Counted from the first letter of the stretch, positions 19,370 to 29,648 are shown. The stretch is 64,000 nucleotides of DNA from an uncultured Pseudobdellovibrionaceae bacterium (GCA_963803705.1 CAWDNU010000004.1:640001-704000), one strand, 5' to 3'. Numbers and translations: made by a program. Notes: generated by a model from the sequence alone, not told the origin.

Positions 19370-20653
19370 TTGTCTAAATTTATTTTAGATGTAAGCATTC
19401 GAAAGCTCAAACATTGGAAGCCCATGCATATTTGTTTCGTAACTAAAAATGATGACATATCCAGAACTGGTTTAAATGACTATGGGCACATTCTTCCTAC
19501 GGCTCGTCACCTAGTAAAACTAGGTCACAAAATTCACATCATCACTTGGAAGCCCCAGGGTTCAGACAATAAGTCTTACGAAGAAGACGGTATTAGTGTG
19601 GACTTTTTAGGAGTAGGTCATTTTAAATCGATCCAAGAATTTCCAGGCTTAGCGTTGGACAGAATTAGAAAAATTCATGAAGCAGATTCTATCAATATCG
19701 TGCACTCGCTTGACACTAAATTTAAATCTTTTAACAAGGTATTTCCAAAAAAACGATTTGCATTAAGCTACGGCGTCGAATGTACATCGATGATGGATGT
19801 ATTTGCTAGATTTTCAAACACCTACACTTCAGGCTTATCGGCACTAACCTCACTGGTTTCCGCCATAATTTGGTTTCTTAAAAAATTTTTCTTAGAAGAT
19901 TATAAGTTACTTAACCAAGCCGACGGAATCTTTGTGACTAGCCCAAAGCAAACTCTGGCTCTTGATAGATATTATCTATATGCAACGACTCGCACTTACC
20001 AAATCCCACTTAGTTTAGCATCTGGTTATTTTCCCAAAAAAGAAAAGAGCGAAGAGCTTATGGCTAAATTGAATTTGGAACCTAATAGCCAAATAGTTGT
20101 TGCAAGGGATAGCTTCCACGACATTAGACAAACAGAATTTCTACTGACAGCTTTCGAGCAAGTAGCTATTAGAAAACCCAGGGCTAAGTTGCTAATTATT
20201 GGTGATGGTGCCCACTTCAAAGAAGCCGAGCGAATCTGCATTGAACTAGCCTTAGACGCCCGAGTCACATTTTTAGGTCGCTTAAGCAAAAAATCTTACT
20301 TAAACTATATTAACTTGGGTGACATTTTTGTCCAATTATCTAGCCACACTTCGGGGCTTGGCATTGCACTTCTTGAAGCCATGTCTCAAGAAAAAATAGT
20401 TATAGGATCAGAATTTAGCCCAATCTCTAATTTTATAACTGATAAAGCGAACGGTCTGTTGATTCGACCTGGCGAAAGTGATTTGTTGACCAATTATATA
20501 ATCGATATTTTTGAAAATCCTAGTGCGTATTTAGAGTTTGGCCAAGAAGCTAGAGCAAAAGTTATAGAAACATTGAATCGAAAAAAATTGGCTTTAAATG
20601 CCGCCGAAGCCTTTGAAAGTATAATTAAACGCACTCATAAAAATTTTATCTGA
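19370..20653 (+). CDS. GT4-family glycosyltransferase
   Basis: LLIIGDG, VTFLG, GIALLEAM and NGLLI (GT-B C-terminal motifs). Confidence 0.82.
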   Translation: MSKFILDVSIRKLKHWKPMHICFVTKNDDISRTGLNDYGHILPTARHLVKLGHKIHIITWKPQGSDNKSYEEDGISVDFLGVGHFKSIQEFPGLALDRIRKIHEADSINIVHSLDTKFKSFNKVFPKKRFALSYGVECTSMMDVFARFSNTYTSGLSALTSLVSAIIWFLKKFFLEDYKLLNQADGIFVTSPKQTLALDRYYLYATTRTYQIPLSLASGYFPKKEKSEELMAKLNLEPNSQIVVARDSFHDIRQTEFLLTAFEQVAIRKPRAKLLIIGDGAHFKEAERICIELALDARVTFLGRLSKKSYLNYINLGDIFVQLSSHTSGLGIALLEAMSQEKIVIGSEFSPISNFITDKANGLLIRPGESDLLTNYIIDIFENPSAYLEFGQEARAKVIETLNRKKLALNAAEAFESIIKRTHKNFI

Positions 20654-20656
20654 TTT

Positions 20657-20686
20657 TAGGGCCTGTGGAAGATTCATCTAGGTTTT
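20657..20686. repeat. solo right terminus of element family A
   Basis: tagggcctgtggaagattcatctaggtttt, 3 nt after the GT4 stop codon. Confidence 0.9.
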
Positions 20687-20723
20687 CAGACCATCATGGC
20701 ACACTATTTGAAGTCCAATAGAC

Positions 20724-20918
20724 GTGAAAACATTGCTTCTATCACTAATTTTATATCAACTAGCACAAGCTAACCCTGATCAGTAGTGTCTAGATACTAT
20801 CCCAATAGTTGAAAAGAACTTCAATGGATTGGTCTTAGTCCCAGGGGCAATCACGGGTCAAATTCGCATGCACAAAGACGAAAGAGGGCTCTTTCGATAT
20901 GGATTAGCCCAGAATTGA
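20724..20918 (+). pseudogene. possible remnant of a secreted-protein gene
   Basis: GTG-start frame MKTLLLSLILYQLAQANPDQ*CLDTIPIVEKNFNGLVLVPGAITGQIRMHKDERGLFRYGLAQN* with an internal TAG at 20784. Confidence 0.35.
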
Positions 20919-21022
20919 TACCTGCGTGTTTTTTATGGTAGAAAAGGACAACACACCCTAGCTAAGTCTTTAAATTTACATAAAAAACTTGGGTTTGAAT
21001 TAGTTTTTGTTATGATATTCAA

Positions 21023-21304
21023 ATGACAAAATCAGACCTTATAAATTTGGTAGCCTCGAAAGCAAATATCACTCGATTAAAAGCTGAGGCAGTGGTCAAC
21101 ACAGTTTTTGACAGCATGGCCGAAACTCTAAAAAACAACGATAGGATAGAAATTCGAGGTTTTGGATCATTTGTTAATCGCGATTATAAAGCTCGCCCCG
21201 GGCGTAACCCTCGAACTGGCGAAATTATTCAGGTGGATAGTAAGAAACTTCCCTTTTTCAAAGTGGGTAAAGAACTTAGAGAAGAGCTAAATGTTGAAAA
21301 ATAA
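21023..21304 (+). CDS. HU/IHF-family DNA-binding protein
   Basis: MTKSDLI..RIEIRGFGSF..GRNPRTGE..PFFKVGKELRE. Confidence 0.95.
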   Translation: MTKSDLINLVASKANITRLKAEAVVNTVFDSMAETLKNNDRIEIRGFGSFVNRDYKARPGRNPRTGEIIQVDSKKLPFFKVGKELREELNVEK

Positions 21305-21312
21305 CCAACAAT

Positions 21313-22374
21313 CTATCTGAAAAAATTAAAGTCATTTATATTTTTAAACCCGTAAAACATCATAAATAGCCTTTCCAAACCAATGGCGATACCACTGCAC
21401 TTAGGCAAATGGTCCAAACAACTTATAAACTGATGGTCCACAGGATGGGGATTTTTTCCTTCTGAAATACGCTTGGCATTTTCTTGCCTCCACCTATACA
21501 AAATAGTTTGAGAGTCCGATAGCTCTTCGAAAGCGTTGGCTAGTTCCAGCCCTGAACCATATATTTCAAAGCGTTTAGCCCACCCATCCGAACCTACTTT
21601 AGATAGTGCCGCCTGGGAAGGGGGATACGAATGAACAACAGTTAGTCGAGCTGGATCAAAACTTGGTTCAATTTTTCCAAGCCAGATTCTAAAAAAAAGG
21701 TCATCGAAACTGTCCTCCTCTAAGTGGTGGATTCCAAGTTTTCGGGCCGCAATTTTTAGTGCAGAACTCGTCGATTCAGGGTGCAAATCAATGCCAAGTT
21801 CGAAAAACAAATCTTCTATCTTCACGACAGTAAATGGAAGTTTCACATTCGAACCATCAAATTTGCATACCGGCCTACTATAGCCAGGAAGCCCACCTGC
21901 CAATTTAGAATGAATTTGATTTAAAAGTTGCAAAACAAATTTAATAAATTCTTCCATCCCGCAATCTTTTTTGTAAAACTCCAACATTTTAAACTCGGAA
22001 CTGTGACAAGCTGAGCTTTCTAAATTCCTAAAACAAGTTTTTATCTCAAAAACATCTTCAAAGTAACCTGTAGCAAGTGCTTTCTTGATATGAAACTCCG
22101 GACTTGTAGGCAGCTGCACCTTTTTAGATATATTTCCAAACTGAAGGTCAAAGCTAAATGGTTCCAAGTTGGACTCTAAAGCGCCAGAGGTGACCAGATA
22201 TGGAGTGAGCAATTTTTGAAAGCCTTGATCTTTCAAAATTTCCTCGCATAAATCTAAAAACTGAATCCAAGCTTTGTAATGCGGAACCCTAGAAGCATGT
22301 TCATCGATTGAAATACGTTTCATACAACTTGCCCTTATCGTTTTTAGTTCCGCCTTCGCATTGATGTGTTCCAA
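21313..22374 (-). CDS. epmA: EF-P lysyl-ligase (class II aaRS-like)
   Basis: LPTSPEFHIKKAL, FRNLE..HSSEFKMLEFY, YPPSQAALS, RFEIY..GLELANAFEEL, GIAIGLERL; no anticodon-binding domain. Confidence 0.85.
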   Translation of the reverse strand: MEHINAKAELKTIRASCMKRISIDEHASRVPHYKAWIQFLDLCEEILKDQGFQKLLTPYLVTSGALESNLEPFSFDLQFGNISKKVQLPTSPEFHIKKALATGYFEDVFEIKTCFRNLESSACHSSEFKMLEFYKKDCGMEEFIKFVLQLLNQIHSKLAGGLPGYSRPVCKFDGSNVKLPFTVVKIEDLFFELGIDLHPESTSSALKIAARKLGIHHLEEDSFDDLFFRIWLGKIEPSFDPARLTVVHSYPPSQAALSKVGSDGWAKRFEIYGSGLELANAFEELSDSQTILYRWRQENAKRISEGKNPHPVDHQFISCLDHLPKCSGIAIGLERLFMMFYGFKNINDFNFFR

Positions 22375-22507
22375 TCTTAGCTTGCATTAATTGATTCGTC
22401 CTTGCTTTTATTAAAGATATCTTGACCCCAAGCTTAGTTCACGAGAAACGTATATAGTACAATTTATTTAAATTTGTACGGCTGAAAGACCCTAAAAGGA
22501 GTATTAG

Positions 22508-22972
22508 ATGAACATATCTCAAGAACTTGAAAGACGAATAAAATCTGTAACAAATAATCCAAGAGTAAAGTCTTTGATGAAAGAAGTGGACAAAGCGGCT
22601 AAAGAATTAAAAAAGCTTGAGTTCACAAAAACTATTGAGTCAACAGCAACAAAAAGGCTAAATGACATAGATTCGAAATATAAAGGCATTAAATCTCAAA
22701 TTAACAAAATTCAAAAACAAGTTGATCTTGAAATGAGCAGAGCTTATTCAACGCTTAAAACCGCTCAAAGAGAAGCTACAAAATCCTTGGTTACGATTAC
22801 TAAAGCCGTTGAAACTGAAAGCCAACGTTTAAAGAAAGCAGTAAAAAGTGCTTCTGTTTCCAGTCCCAAAAAAACAAGTAAGAAGAAAGAATCGGTCGCT
22901 AAAAAGGTGACTAAGAAAAAAGTGGCCAAGAAAAAAGTAGCTAAAAAGAAAGTAAGTAAAAAAAAGAAGTAG
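22508..22972 (+). CDS. helical protein with histone-H1-like Lys-rich C-terminal tail
   Basis: C-terminal KKKV(A/T/S) repeats; AAGGAG RBS. Confidence 0.75.
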   Translation: MNISQELERRIKSVTNNPRVKSLMKEVDKAAKELKKLEFTKTIESTATKRLNDIDSKYKGIKSQINKIQKQVDLEMSRAYSTLKTAQREATKSLVTITKAVETESQRLKKAVKSASVSSPKKTSKKKESVAKKVTKKKVAKKKVAKKKVSKKKK

Positions 22973-23016
22973 TCATTTGATTAGCGCCTTTTCGGGCTAA
23001 GATATTAAATTTTAAG

Positions 23017-23066
23017 AAGCCCAAATTTGATCTTTAAAACAAGATCGATCAATTTGGGCTTTTATT
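23017..23066 (+). terminator. hairpin + T-run, probable intrinsic terminator
   Basis: aagcccaaatt...aatttgggctttt between the Lys-rich gene and gcvP. Confidence 0.55.
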
Positions 23067-23082
23067 CATAAAGGAACACTGC

Positions 23083-25962
23083 ATGAGCTTTGAGTTTGCA
23101 AAACGTCACATTGGCCCTTCAGATATTGAAATTAAAGATATGCTGTCAGGTTTTCAATCTAAATCCTTAGATGAATTTACTGGAAAAGTTATCCCCGATT
23201 CCATTTTAGCGAAATCAAATTTTGACGAGTTAAAGCCAGTATCTGAACCAGAACTGTTAAAGAAAGCCGCCCGTATCGGCGACAAGAATCGAAGCTTTTT
23301 GTCTTTTATCGGACAAGGTTATTACAACACAAATACTCCTACAGTTATTTTAAGAAATGTTTTTGAATCCCCGGCATGGTATACTTCATATACTCCCTAC
23401 CAAGCTGAAATTTCGCAAGGTCGTCTTGAAGCGCTATTAAACTTTCAAACAATGGTCTGTGACTTAACCGGAATGCAAATAGCTAATGCTTCCTTGCTAG
23501 ATGAAGGAACGGCTGCAGCTGAAGCTGTAAGTCTTTCCTTTGCTGTCACTAAAAAGAAAAAAGCCAGCCAAATTATATGTGATGAAAATTTATTTATGCA
23601 AACAATGGAAGTCGTGAAAACACGAGCTGAAGCCATTGGACTAAATTTAGTGATTCAGGATTTGGCTACCTGGACACCAGACAAAGAAAAGGACCTTTGC
23701 CTTATAACTCAGTACCCAAACACATTAGGTCTAATAAAAGATCCTAGTGCCATAGTAAATAAAGCCAAAATGGACGGAACAATCACAATCTGTTGTTCTG
23801 ATCTGATGGCTTTAACTCAGATAAAACCTCCGGGTGAATTAGGCTTCGATATTTCCGTTGGAAGCGCTCAGCGTTTCGGTGTTCCAATGGGCTTTGGTGG
23901 CCCGCACGCTGCTTTTTTTGCTACAAAAGATGACTTTAAGAGATCAATTCCTGGTCGAATTATTGGTGTTTCAAAAGATCGCCTGGGCAACACCGCTTTT
24001 AGAATGTCTTTGCAAACTCGCGAGCAACATATTCGCAGAGACAAAGCTACCAGTAATATCTGCACAGCCCAAGCTTTGTTGGCCATTATGGCCTCGATGT
24101 ACGGGGTTTTTCACGGACCCAAGGGCTTAAAACTAATTTCTGACCGCATTTTCAACTATGCCGAAAACATAAAGGAAGAAATTACCAAATTAGGCTACCG
24201 ATGCTTAGCCGAAACCAGTTTTGACACTTTGTCTTTTACCGACGGACCATTAAGTGGAGAAGAAGTTATTAGCAGATTTCGGGTCGCTGGAATTAATTTA
24301 GGTCGCTGGAGTCAAGGGTGGCAGTTTTCAGTAGATGAATTTTGGACGGATAAGACCTATTTGGCTTTTATCAAAATTTTGAAAGGTGAGATCAAATCTG
24401 TAGACGAAATTAACGATGATGAACAGGTAGAACTGAAAAAAACAACCTTTAAACACGAATCACTAAAACGAACCACACCATTTCTTCAGCACGAAATTTT
24501 TAACAGGTCGCAGTCAGAAACTGAAGTGCTTAGATATATATACAAACTACAAAATAAAGATTTGTCGCTGACTCACTCTATGATTCCGCTTGGTTCATGC
24601 ACGATGAAATTAAACTCAACAACAGAAATGCTTCCAGTAAGTGATGCTAGGTGGTCAAACTTCCACCCGTTCGCACCCGCGGATCAACATCTTGGGTATG
24701 ATGAACTTATCAGTTCTTTAGAGGCAAGACTTAAAAATTTAACTGGTTTTTCAGCGGTGAGCTTTCAGCCTAATGCAGGCTCTCAAGGAGAGTACGCAGG
24801 GCTTCTGGTGATAAAAAAGTACTTCGAGTCCATTAATGAATCCCATAGAAATATATGTTTGATCCCATCTTCTGCCCACGGAACAAATCCTGCCTCGGCT
24901 GTTATGGCTAATTTTAAAGTTGTAGTCATAAAATGCGACGACATAGGAAATATCGACTTAAATGATCTTCAAGAAAAATGCTTAGCCCACAAAGATAATC
25001 TGGCAGCTCTTATGGTTACATACCCATCAACTCATGGGGTCTTTGAAAGTGAAATAAAAACTGTTTGCTCCATGGTGCATGAATCCGGTGGTCAGGTTTA
25101 TCTTGATGGTGCAAACTTAAATGCACTAGTAGGCTTGGTGAAGCCTGCTGAACTTGGTGCCGATGTAGCCCATATGAACCTTCACAAAACTTTTTGCATT
25201 CCGCACGGTGGTGGTGGACCCGGTGTTGGCCCTATCGGCGTGGCTCAACATCTAGTCTGCTTCTTACCCTCACACAGTATCAAACCTGAAGTAAATTCTG
25301 ATGGCATGGCGATCGGTGCCGTAAGTTCGGCTCCTTGGGGAAGCGCTAGCATCCTTCCCATTTCTTGGGCCTATATTGAGATGATGGGTTCTGAAGGTCT
25401 AAAGCAAGCAACACAAGTTGCGATTTTAAATGCTAACTATATTGCTGAACGGTTAAAACCTTATTACAAAATACTGTTCACTGGAAAAGGTGGCTTCATT
25501 GCCCATGAGTGCATTATTGATGTCCGTCCATTTAAGGCTTCGGCGCAAGTTACTGTAGACGATTTTGCTAAACGCCTGATGGATTATGGTTTTCATGCCC
25601 CTACGATGTCGTGGCCAGTTGTCGGCACCTTAATGATTGAGCCCACAGAATCTGAATCAAAAGCGGAGTTGGATAGATTTTGTGATGCGATGATTTCTAT
25701 TTATCAAGAAGTTCAAAAAATCGAATCGGGCGAATATGATAAAGCTCAGAATCCCTTAAAAAATGCTCCTCATACTATGGGGGAAGTAACTGCAGATGAG
25801 TGGACTTACAGCTATTCAAGAAAGACTGCTGCTTTTCCAATGGAAAAAGGTACTATTGCAAAGCCTACGAACAAGTTTTGGCCTTCGGTTGCACGCATTG
25901 ATAACGCTTTTGGTGATAGGTCGTTGATTTGTTCTTGCCCTCCACTTTCAGACTATGAATAA
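23083..25962 (+). CDS. gcvP: glycine dehydrogenase (decarboxylating), single chain
   Basis: YTPYQAEISQGRLE, REQHIRRDKATSNICT, NLHKTF (PLP lysine) and LMIEPTESE. Confidence 0.97.
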   Translation: MSFEFAKRHIGPSDIEIKDMLSGFQSKSLDEFTGKVIPDSILAKSNFDELKPVSEPELLKKAARIGDKNRSFLSFIGQGYYNTNTPTVILRNVFESPAWYTSYTPYQAEISQGRLEALLNFQTMVCDLTGMQIANASLLDEGTAAAEAVSLSFAVTKKKKASQIICDENLFMQTMEVVKTRAEAIGLNLVIQDLATWTPDKEKDLCLITQYPNTLGLIKDPSAIVNKAKMDGTITICCSDLMALTQIKPPGELGFDISVGSAQRFGVPMGFGGPHAAFFATKDDFKRSIPGRIIGVSKDRLGNTAFRMSLQTREQHIRRDKATSNICTAQALLAIMASMYGVFHGPKGLKLISDRIFNYAENIKEEITKLGYRCLAETSFDTLSFTDGPLSGEEVISRFRVAGINLGRWSQGWQFSVDEFWTDKTYLAFIKILKGEIKSVDEINDDEQVELKKTTFKHESLKRTTPFLQHEIFNRSQSETEVLRYIYKLQNKDLSLTHSMIPLGSCTMKLNSTTEMLPVSDARWSNFHPFAPADQHLGYDELISSLEARLKNLTGFSAVSFQPNAGSQGEYAGLLVIKKYFESINESHRNICLIPSSAHGTNPASAVMANFKVVVIKCDDIGNIDLNDLQEKCLAHKDNLAALMVTYPSTHGVFESEIKTVCSMVHESGGQVYLDGANLNALVGLVKPAELGADVAHMNLHKTFCIPHGGGGPGVGPIGVAQHLVCFLPSHSIKPEVNSDGMAIGAVSSAPWGSASILPISWAYIEMMGSEGLKQATQVAILNANYIAERLKPYYKILFTGKGGFIAHECIIDVRPFKASAQVTVDDFAKRLMDYGFHAPTMSWPVVGTLMIEPTESESKAELDRFCDAMISIYQEVQKIESGEYDKAQNPLKNAPHTMGEVTADEWTYSYSRKTAAFPMEKGTIAKPTNKFWPSVARIDNAFGDRSLICSCPPLSDYE

Positions 25963-25985
25963 GCTAAAGACATAAAAAAACAATG

Positions 25986-26110
25986 GGGCCTGTTGAAAAA
26001 GTATTAGATTCTAGGCGTCCAAGCTTAAAGTCGAATGAGTCGTAGTTTATCTACGTCGAATGAGATTTAAGCGAAGGCAACAACGAAGATGATGCTTTTT
26101 CAACAGGCCC
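25986..26110. mobile_element. 125-bp palindromic MITE-like element, family B
   Basis: TIR gggcctgttgaaaaag..ctttttcaacaggccc; near-identical to 48129..48253 and 56766..56890; flanks aatg/aagg. Confidence 0.9.
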
Positions 26111-26270
26111 AAGGGTTAATAGTCTAGGTGCAAGCGCAACTGAATGATGCGCCTTTGAAGGGGCTCAAGACTAAAAATTAATTCCTCTAGGGGTTTGTAA
26201 ACGTTCTGCATTATCATGAATCCTATGGGTAAAGCTTTTCAACTTAAGACTTAAAACATATACTTTAACA

Positions 26271-28823
26271 ATGAATTTTTCCATATCCAATCAGAATGTT
26301 TTTGAGTCTTCCCGTCATACGGCCTTGTTTTTATTGTCAGAGCTATACAGCACAATTGAGTCCAGGCTTGAGCCAGAAATTAGCGTCGAAATCAGTAATA
26401 TTCTTTCTGACCTATTAAACTCAGAATCAAGGCCTTATAATATTGAAAGCAAAAACAATGAGGACCACTCAGCAATTAGATTTATCAAATTTTACTTAGA
26501 ATTTAACCACATTGCCGAGCGATTCCACAGAATTTATCTGGCAAAAGAAAAACATGTTGTTCCAAAATTAATGTCAGATTTCGATAAGCTTAGACCAGGA
26601 ATTTCTAACGAAAAATTTGAATCCTTTTTGAACCACATAGAAATTGACTTAGTCTTTACGGCTCATCCAACCGAAATTTTTGAAAGGAAAATTCTTAAGA
26701 AATATATTCAAATTCATAAAAATCTAAAAACTGTCAAAGATAGTAAAAAATTTGGAATTCACAATAGACTAACCAAAGAAAGAAGAGCACTACTACTAAG
26801 TCTATGGCTTGCGCCAGATTTTGGCTTGACCAAACCTAAAGCCAAAGACGAAGCCAAGCTTGCCCAACTTATCTTTCAATACTCGCTTTGGGATGGTGTT
26901 ACTAAATTCAAAAAAAGATTCCATAATAATCTGCGCAAATATAATTTACCGCTAACTACTAATAAGAACTTGCTTAAATTTTCTTCATGGATGGGTGGAG
27001 ACCGAGATGGTAACCCAAATGTGACTACAAAATCTACAGTTGAAATTATAAAAAGTTTTTCAAAAAAATCTGTAAATCTTTACTTCCGAGAATTCAAAAG
27101 ACTAAAGGAAGACCTTTGCTTCGATGTTTATATTGGTGACGAGTGTATTTCGATAGAAAGAAAAATTGAAGTGATTCAAAAACAACTTTCTAAAATAATA
27201 CGTGATGATTACAAAATCGCTGATATCAAAGAGGCTGAAATAGATATACTTAAAAGCTTAAAAAAACTTTATGATTTATTAGTCGGTTTTAACGCTAAAT
27301 CGTTGGCAGATCAAAGACTGCGGAGTTTGATTGACCGACTTGAAACCTTAGGGATTTTGGGGATGAGATGGGATTTTAGACAGGAAAGCGCTTACCACGA
27401 TCTGATAATAGACAATATATTTCAAGACTTATTTGATAACCTTAAGTATAGCGAAATGCCGGAAAACAAAAAGCAAGCTTGGCTAGAGAACCATGTCTCT
27501 GATATCGAAAAAAGATTGTTAGATAACGGACAAAATTTTTCCAACGATGAATCTCAAGATTTTGTTGATAGCCTTTTTTTAATTAAAAAATTAGGTTCAA
27601 AAATTATTCCTTATTATATAATTTCCATGACCAGAGCTTCTTCAGACCTTTTATTGATGCAAATTCTATTTAAAATTTTTGAAATTCAAACTAAGGTAGT
27701 CCCTCTGTTTGAAACTTTGGAAGACCTAGAAAATTCTACAGCGATTATTGAACCCTTTTTAAAATACGACAGGTTAAACTCAACTTCGGGAAATTTTTTG
27801 CCTATCATGTTAGGGTATTCTGATAGCGCAAAAACAGGTAGCCGTTTAGCTTCGGTATGGAATTTGTACTTGGCACAAAAAAAACTTGTTAAAGTGGCTA
27901 CTGAAAGCGGCTACGAGTGCCAGTTTTTTCATGGTCGTGGTGGTAGTATCGGTCGCGGTGGGGGGCCAGTTCAACATGCTATTTCATCTTGTCCTATTGA
28001 ATCCATGAGTAAGGGATTCAGAATGACAATTCAAGGTGAAGTAATTTTTGACCGCTTCGGCTTTTCTTCCATAGCAGTTCAGAGCATGATGACTTACGTA
28101 ATGAGCTTGATTAATTATCAGTTCTCTGAAAGAAAGCAGAATACTGAGCTTAAGGGTTTTGAAAGTATTTTTTCTGAAATGAGTGAGATTTCTAAAATCA
28201 AGTACCGGAAACTAATAGAGTCGGAAAAATTTTTAGATTATTTTGAAAAAGTTACGCCAGTAAACTATATTTCAGAACTAAATATCGGCAGTAGGCCAGC
28301 TAAAAGACAAAGTTCGAAAAAATCTTATCGTGCGATTCCATGGGTTTTTGGATGGACCCAAAACAGGTGTCTATTGCCTGCCTGGTATGGAGCTGGGACC
28401 GCTCTAGAGCATACTCTAAATTCACATGGTGTTGATAAGCTGAAGTCTTTGTATGAATCATTTTTTCTGTTCAGGTCTACATTGGATCTAATCTATATGA
28501 CGTATTTAAAAATTGAAATGGATGTATTCAAACGCTACGACGAAAAGTTGGCAGGAAGTTACAGTTTTAAAAGTGATATTGTTACCGAATATGATCTTTT
28601 GAAAAAGTGTTTGTTGCAAATAGTAGATCCAAACAAGATAAACCATCAAAACTTAGAAGAAAAACTTTATGGTCGATTAGAGGTCTTAGATAGTTTACAC
28701 AATTTACAAATCGATATGTTAGCTAAAGCCCAAGCTAACAATGAGAACTTTTCCAAAGCCGACAAGAAATCTTTATTACTCACAATTCAAGCATTAGCTT
28801 CTGGCATGGGCAATACAGGCTAA
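26271..28823 (+). CDS. ppc: phosphoenolpyruvate carboxylase
   Basis: VFTAHPTE, SWMGGDRDGNP, VPLFET, MLGYSDSAK, FHGRGGSIGRGG, RAIPWVFGWTQ, C-terminal NTG. Confidence 0.95.
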   Translation: MNFSISNQNVFESSRHTALFLLSELYSTIESRLEPEISVEISNILSDLLNSESRPYNIESKNNEDHSAIRFIKFYLEFNHIAERFHRIYLAKEKHVVPKLMSDFDKLRPGISNEKFESFLNHIEIDLVFTAHPTEIFERKILKKYIQIHKNLKTVKDSKKFGIHNRLTKERRALLLSLWLAPDFGLTKPKAKDEAKLAQLIFQYSLWDGVTKFKKRFHNNLRKYNLPLTTNKNLLKFSSWMGGDRDGNPNVTTKSTVEIIKSFSKKSVNLYFREFKRLKEDLCFDVYIGDECISIERKIEVIQKQLSKIIRDDYKIADIKEAEIDILKSLKKLYDLLVGFNAKSLADQRLRSLIDRLETLGILGMRWDFRQESAYHDLIIDNIFQDLFDNLKYSEMPENKKQAWLENHVSDIEKRLLDNGQNFSNDESQDFVDSLFLIKKLGSKIIPYYIISMTRASSDLLLMQILFKIFEIQTKVVPLFETLEDLENSTAIIEPFLKYDRLNSTSGNFLPIMLGYSDSAKTGSRLASVWNLYLAQKKLVKVATESGYECQFFHGRGGSIGRGGGPVQHAISSCPIESMSKGFRMTIQGEVIFDRFGFSSIAVQSMMTYVMSLINYQFSERKQNTELKGFESIFSEMSEISKIKYRKLIESEKFLDYFEKVTPVNYISELNIGSRPAKRQSSKKSYRAIPWVFGWTQNRCLLPAWYGAGTALEHTLNSHGVDKLKSLYESFFLFRSTLDLIYMTYLKIEMDVFKRYDEKLAGSYSFKSDIVTEYDLLKKCLLQIVDPNKINHQNLEEKLYGRLEVLDSLHNLQIDMLAKAQANNENFSKADKKSLLLTIQALASGMGNTG

Positions 28824-28862
28824 CAAAAACCGCTACGGAATGAGCAGCAGAGTCTTCTACTA

Positions 28863-29047
28863 GGGCCTGAGGAAGATTCATAAAATTTCATAGATAATAG
28901 GCTTTTAAGTTTTAATTTATAAATACATCAAAAGGCTCGAACATACGTTTGTGGTATTTCCACTTACGCGAAATACCAAATCCGAACTCACTTTTGACGT
29001 ATATATATTAAAACTTAAAAGCCTATTATCTTTGAAATTTTATGAAT
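28863..29047. mobile_element. palindromic MITE-like element, family C (left terminus of A type; outer right terminus missing)
   Basis: gggcctgaggaagattca followed by roughly 60-bp inverted arms attcataaaatttca..tcaaaag / cttttga..tgaaattttatgaat and a central ggtatttc/gaaatacc hairpin. Confidence 0.8.
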
Positions 29048-29581
29048 TTAATTACTAGCTTCAGTTCTGGTGCAAGAGTAAGGATATTGACCATTTGCCA
29101 AATTGTTGTAAATTTTTTCAGCCACTTGATTCACATAGTCTGGATTACTTTTAGCAATAGCAACAGTTTTACTAGAGCCAAACTTTGTGTACCGGATACC
29201 TAAAGTGCCATCTTCTGTTTCAATAGCGGTGATTTCTCTGGTGTCATCATTTAGGACACAAGTAATTTTATACTTTTCGACACCCGTCAACTCACCCAAA
29301 TCTGCTGATTCTCTTTTGTCTTCAATAATCTCTCTTGCTGTTTTTTCTTCAGCATTTTCTTTACCAAAACCTTGCTTTGCTAAAATTTCTTCTGTGGTTG
29401 CTGCTTTTTGCTTGTTAGATTTAGTATTCGCATCTGAAGTGTCATTAGCTTTCTCGCTTACATTCTTAGATTCTATATTCTTCGGAGCTTCCAAAGTTAA
29501 GTCCCCAACTCCTTCTGGATCTGTACGTCCAAACGAATTGATGACAGAAAAAATGATAAATAAAATCAATATAAGCTTCAT
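29048..29581 (-). CDS. exported hypothetical protein
   Basis: Signal peptide; AAGGGG RBS; C-terminal two-Cys domain. Confidence 0.75.
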   Translation of the reverse strand: MKLILILFIIFSVINSFGRTDPEGVGDLTLEAPKNIESKNVSEKANDTSDANTKSNKQKAATTEEILAKQGFGKENAEEKTAREIIEDKRESADLGELTGVEKYKITCVLNDDTREITAIETEDGTLGIRYTKFGSSKTVAIAKSNPDYVNQVAEKIYNNLANGQYPYSCTRTEASN

Positions 29582-29648
29582 AGATCCCCTTCAAATATAT
29601 TCCTTTAATTTTAGAGATAATATGATCCCAAGGCAACTAGACTGACAG

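Noticed and set aside
22973..23082. Glycine riboswitch upstream of gcvP
   Set aside because: The region is short and lacks the conserved aptamer motifs; only simple hairpins are seen.
26111..26200. Weak hairpin after element B as an ncRNA or another repeat
   Set aside because: Only short arms (tagtct/agacta) and no second copy in the window.
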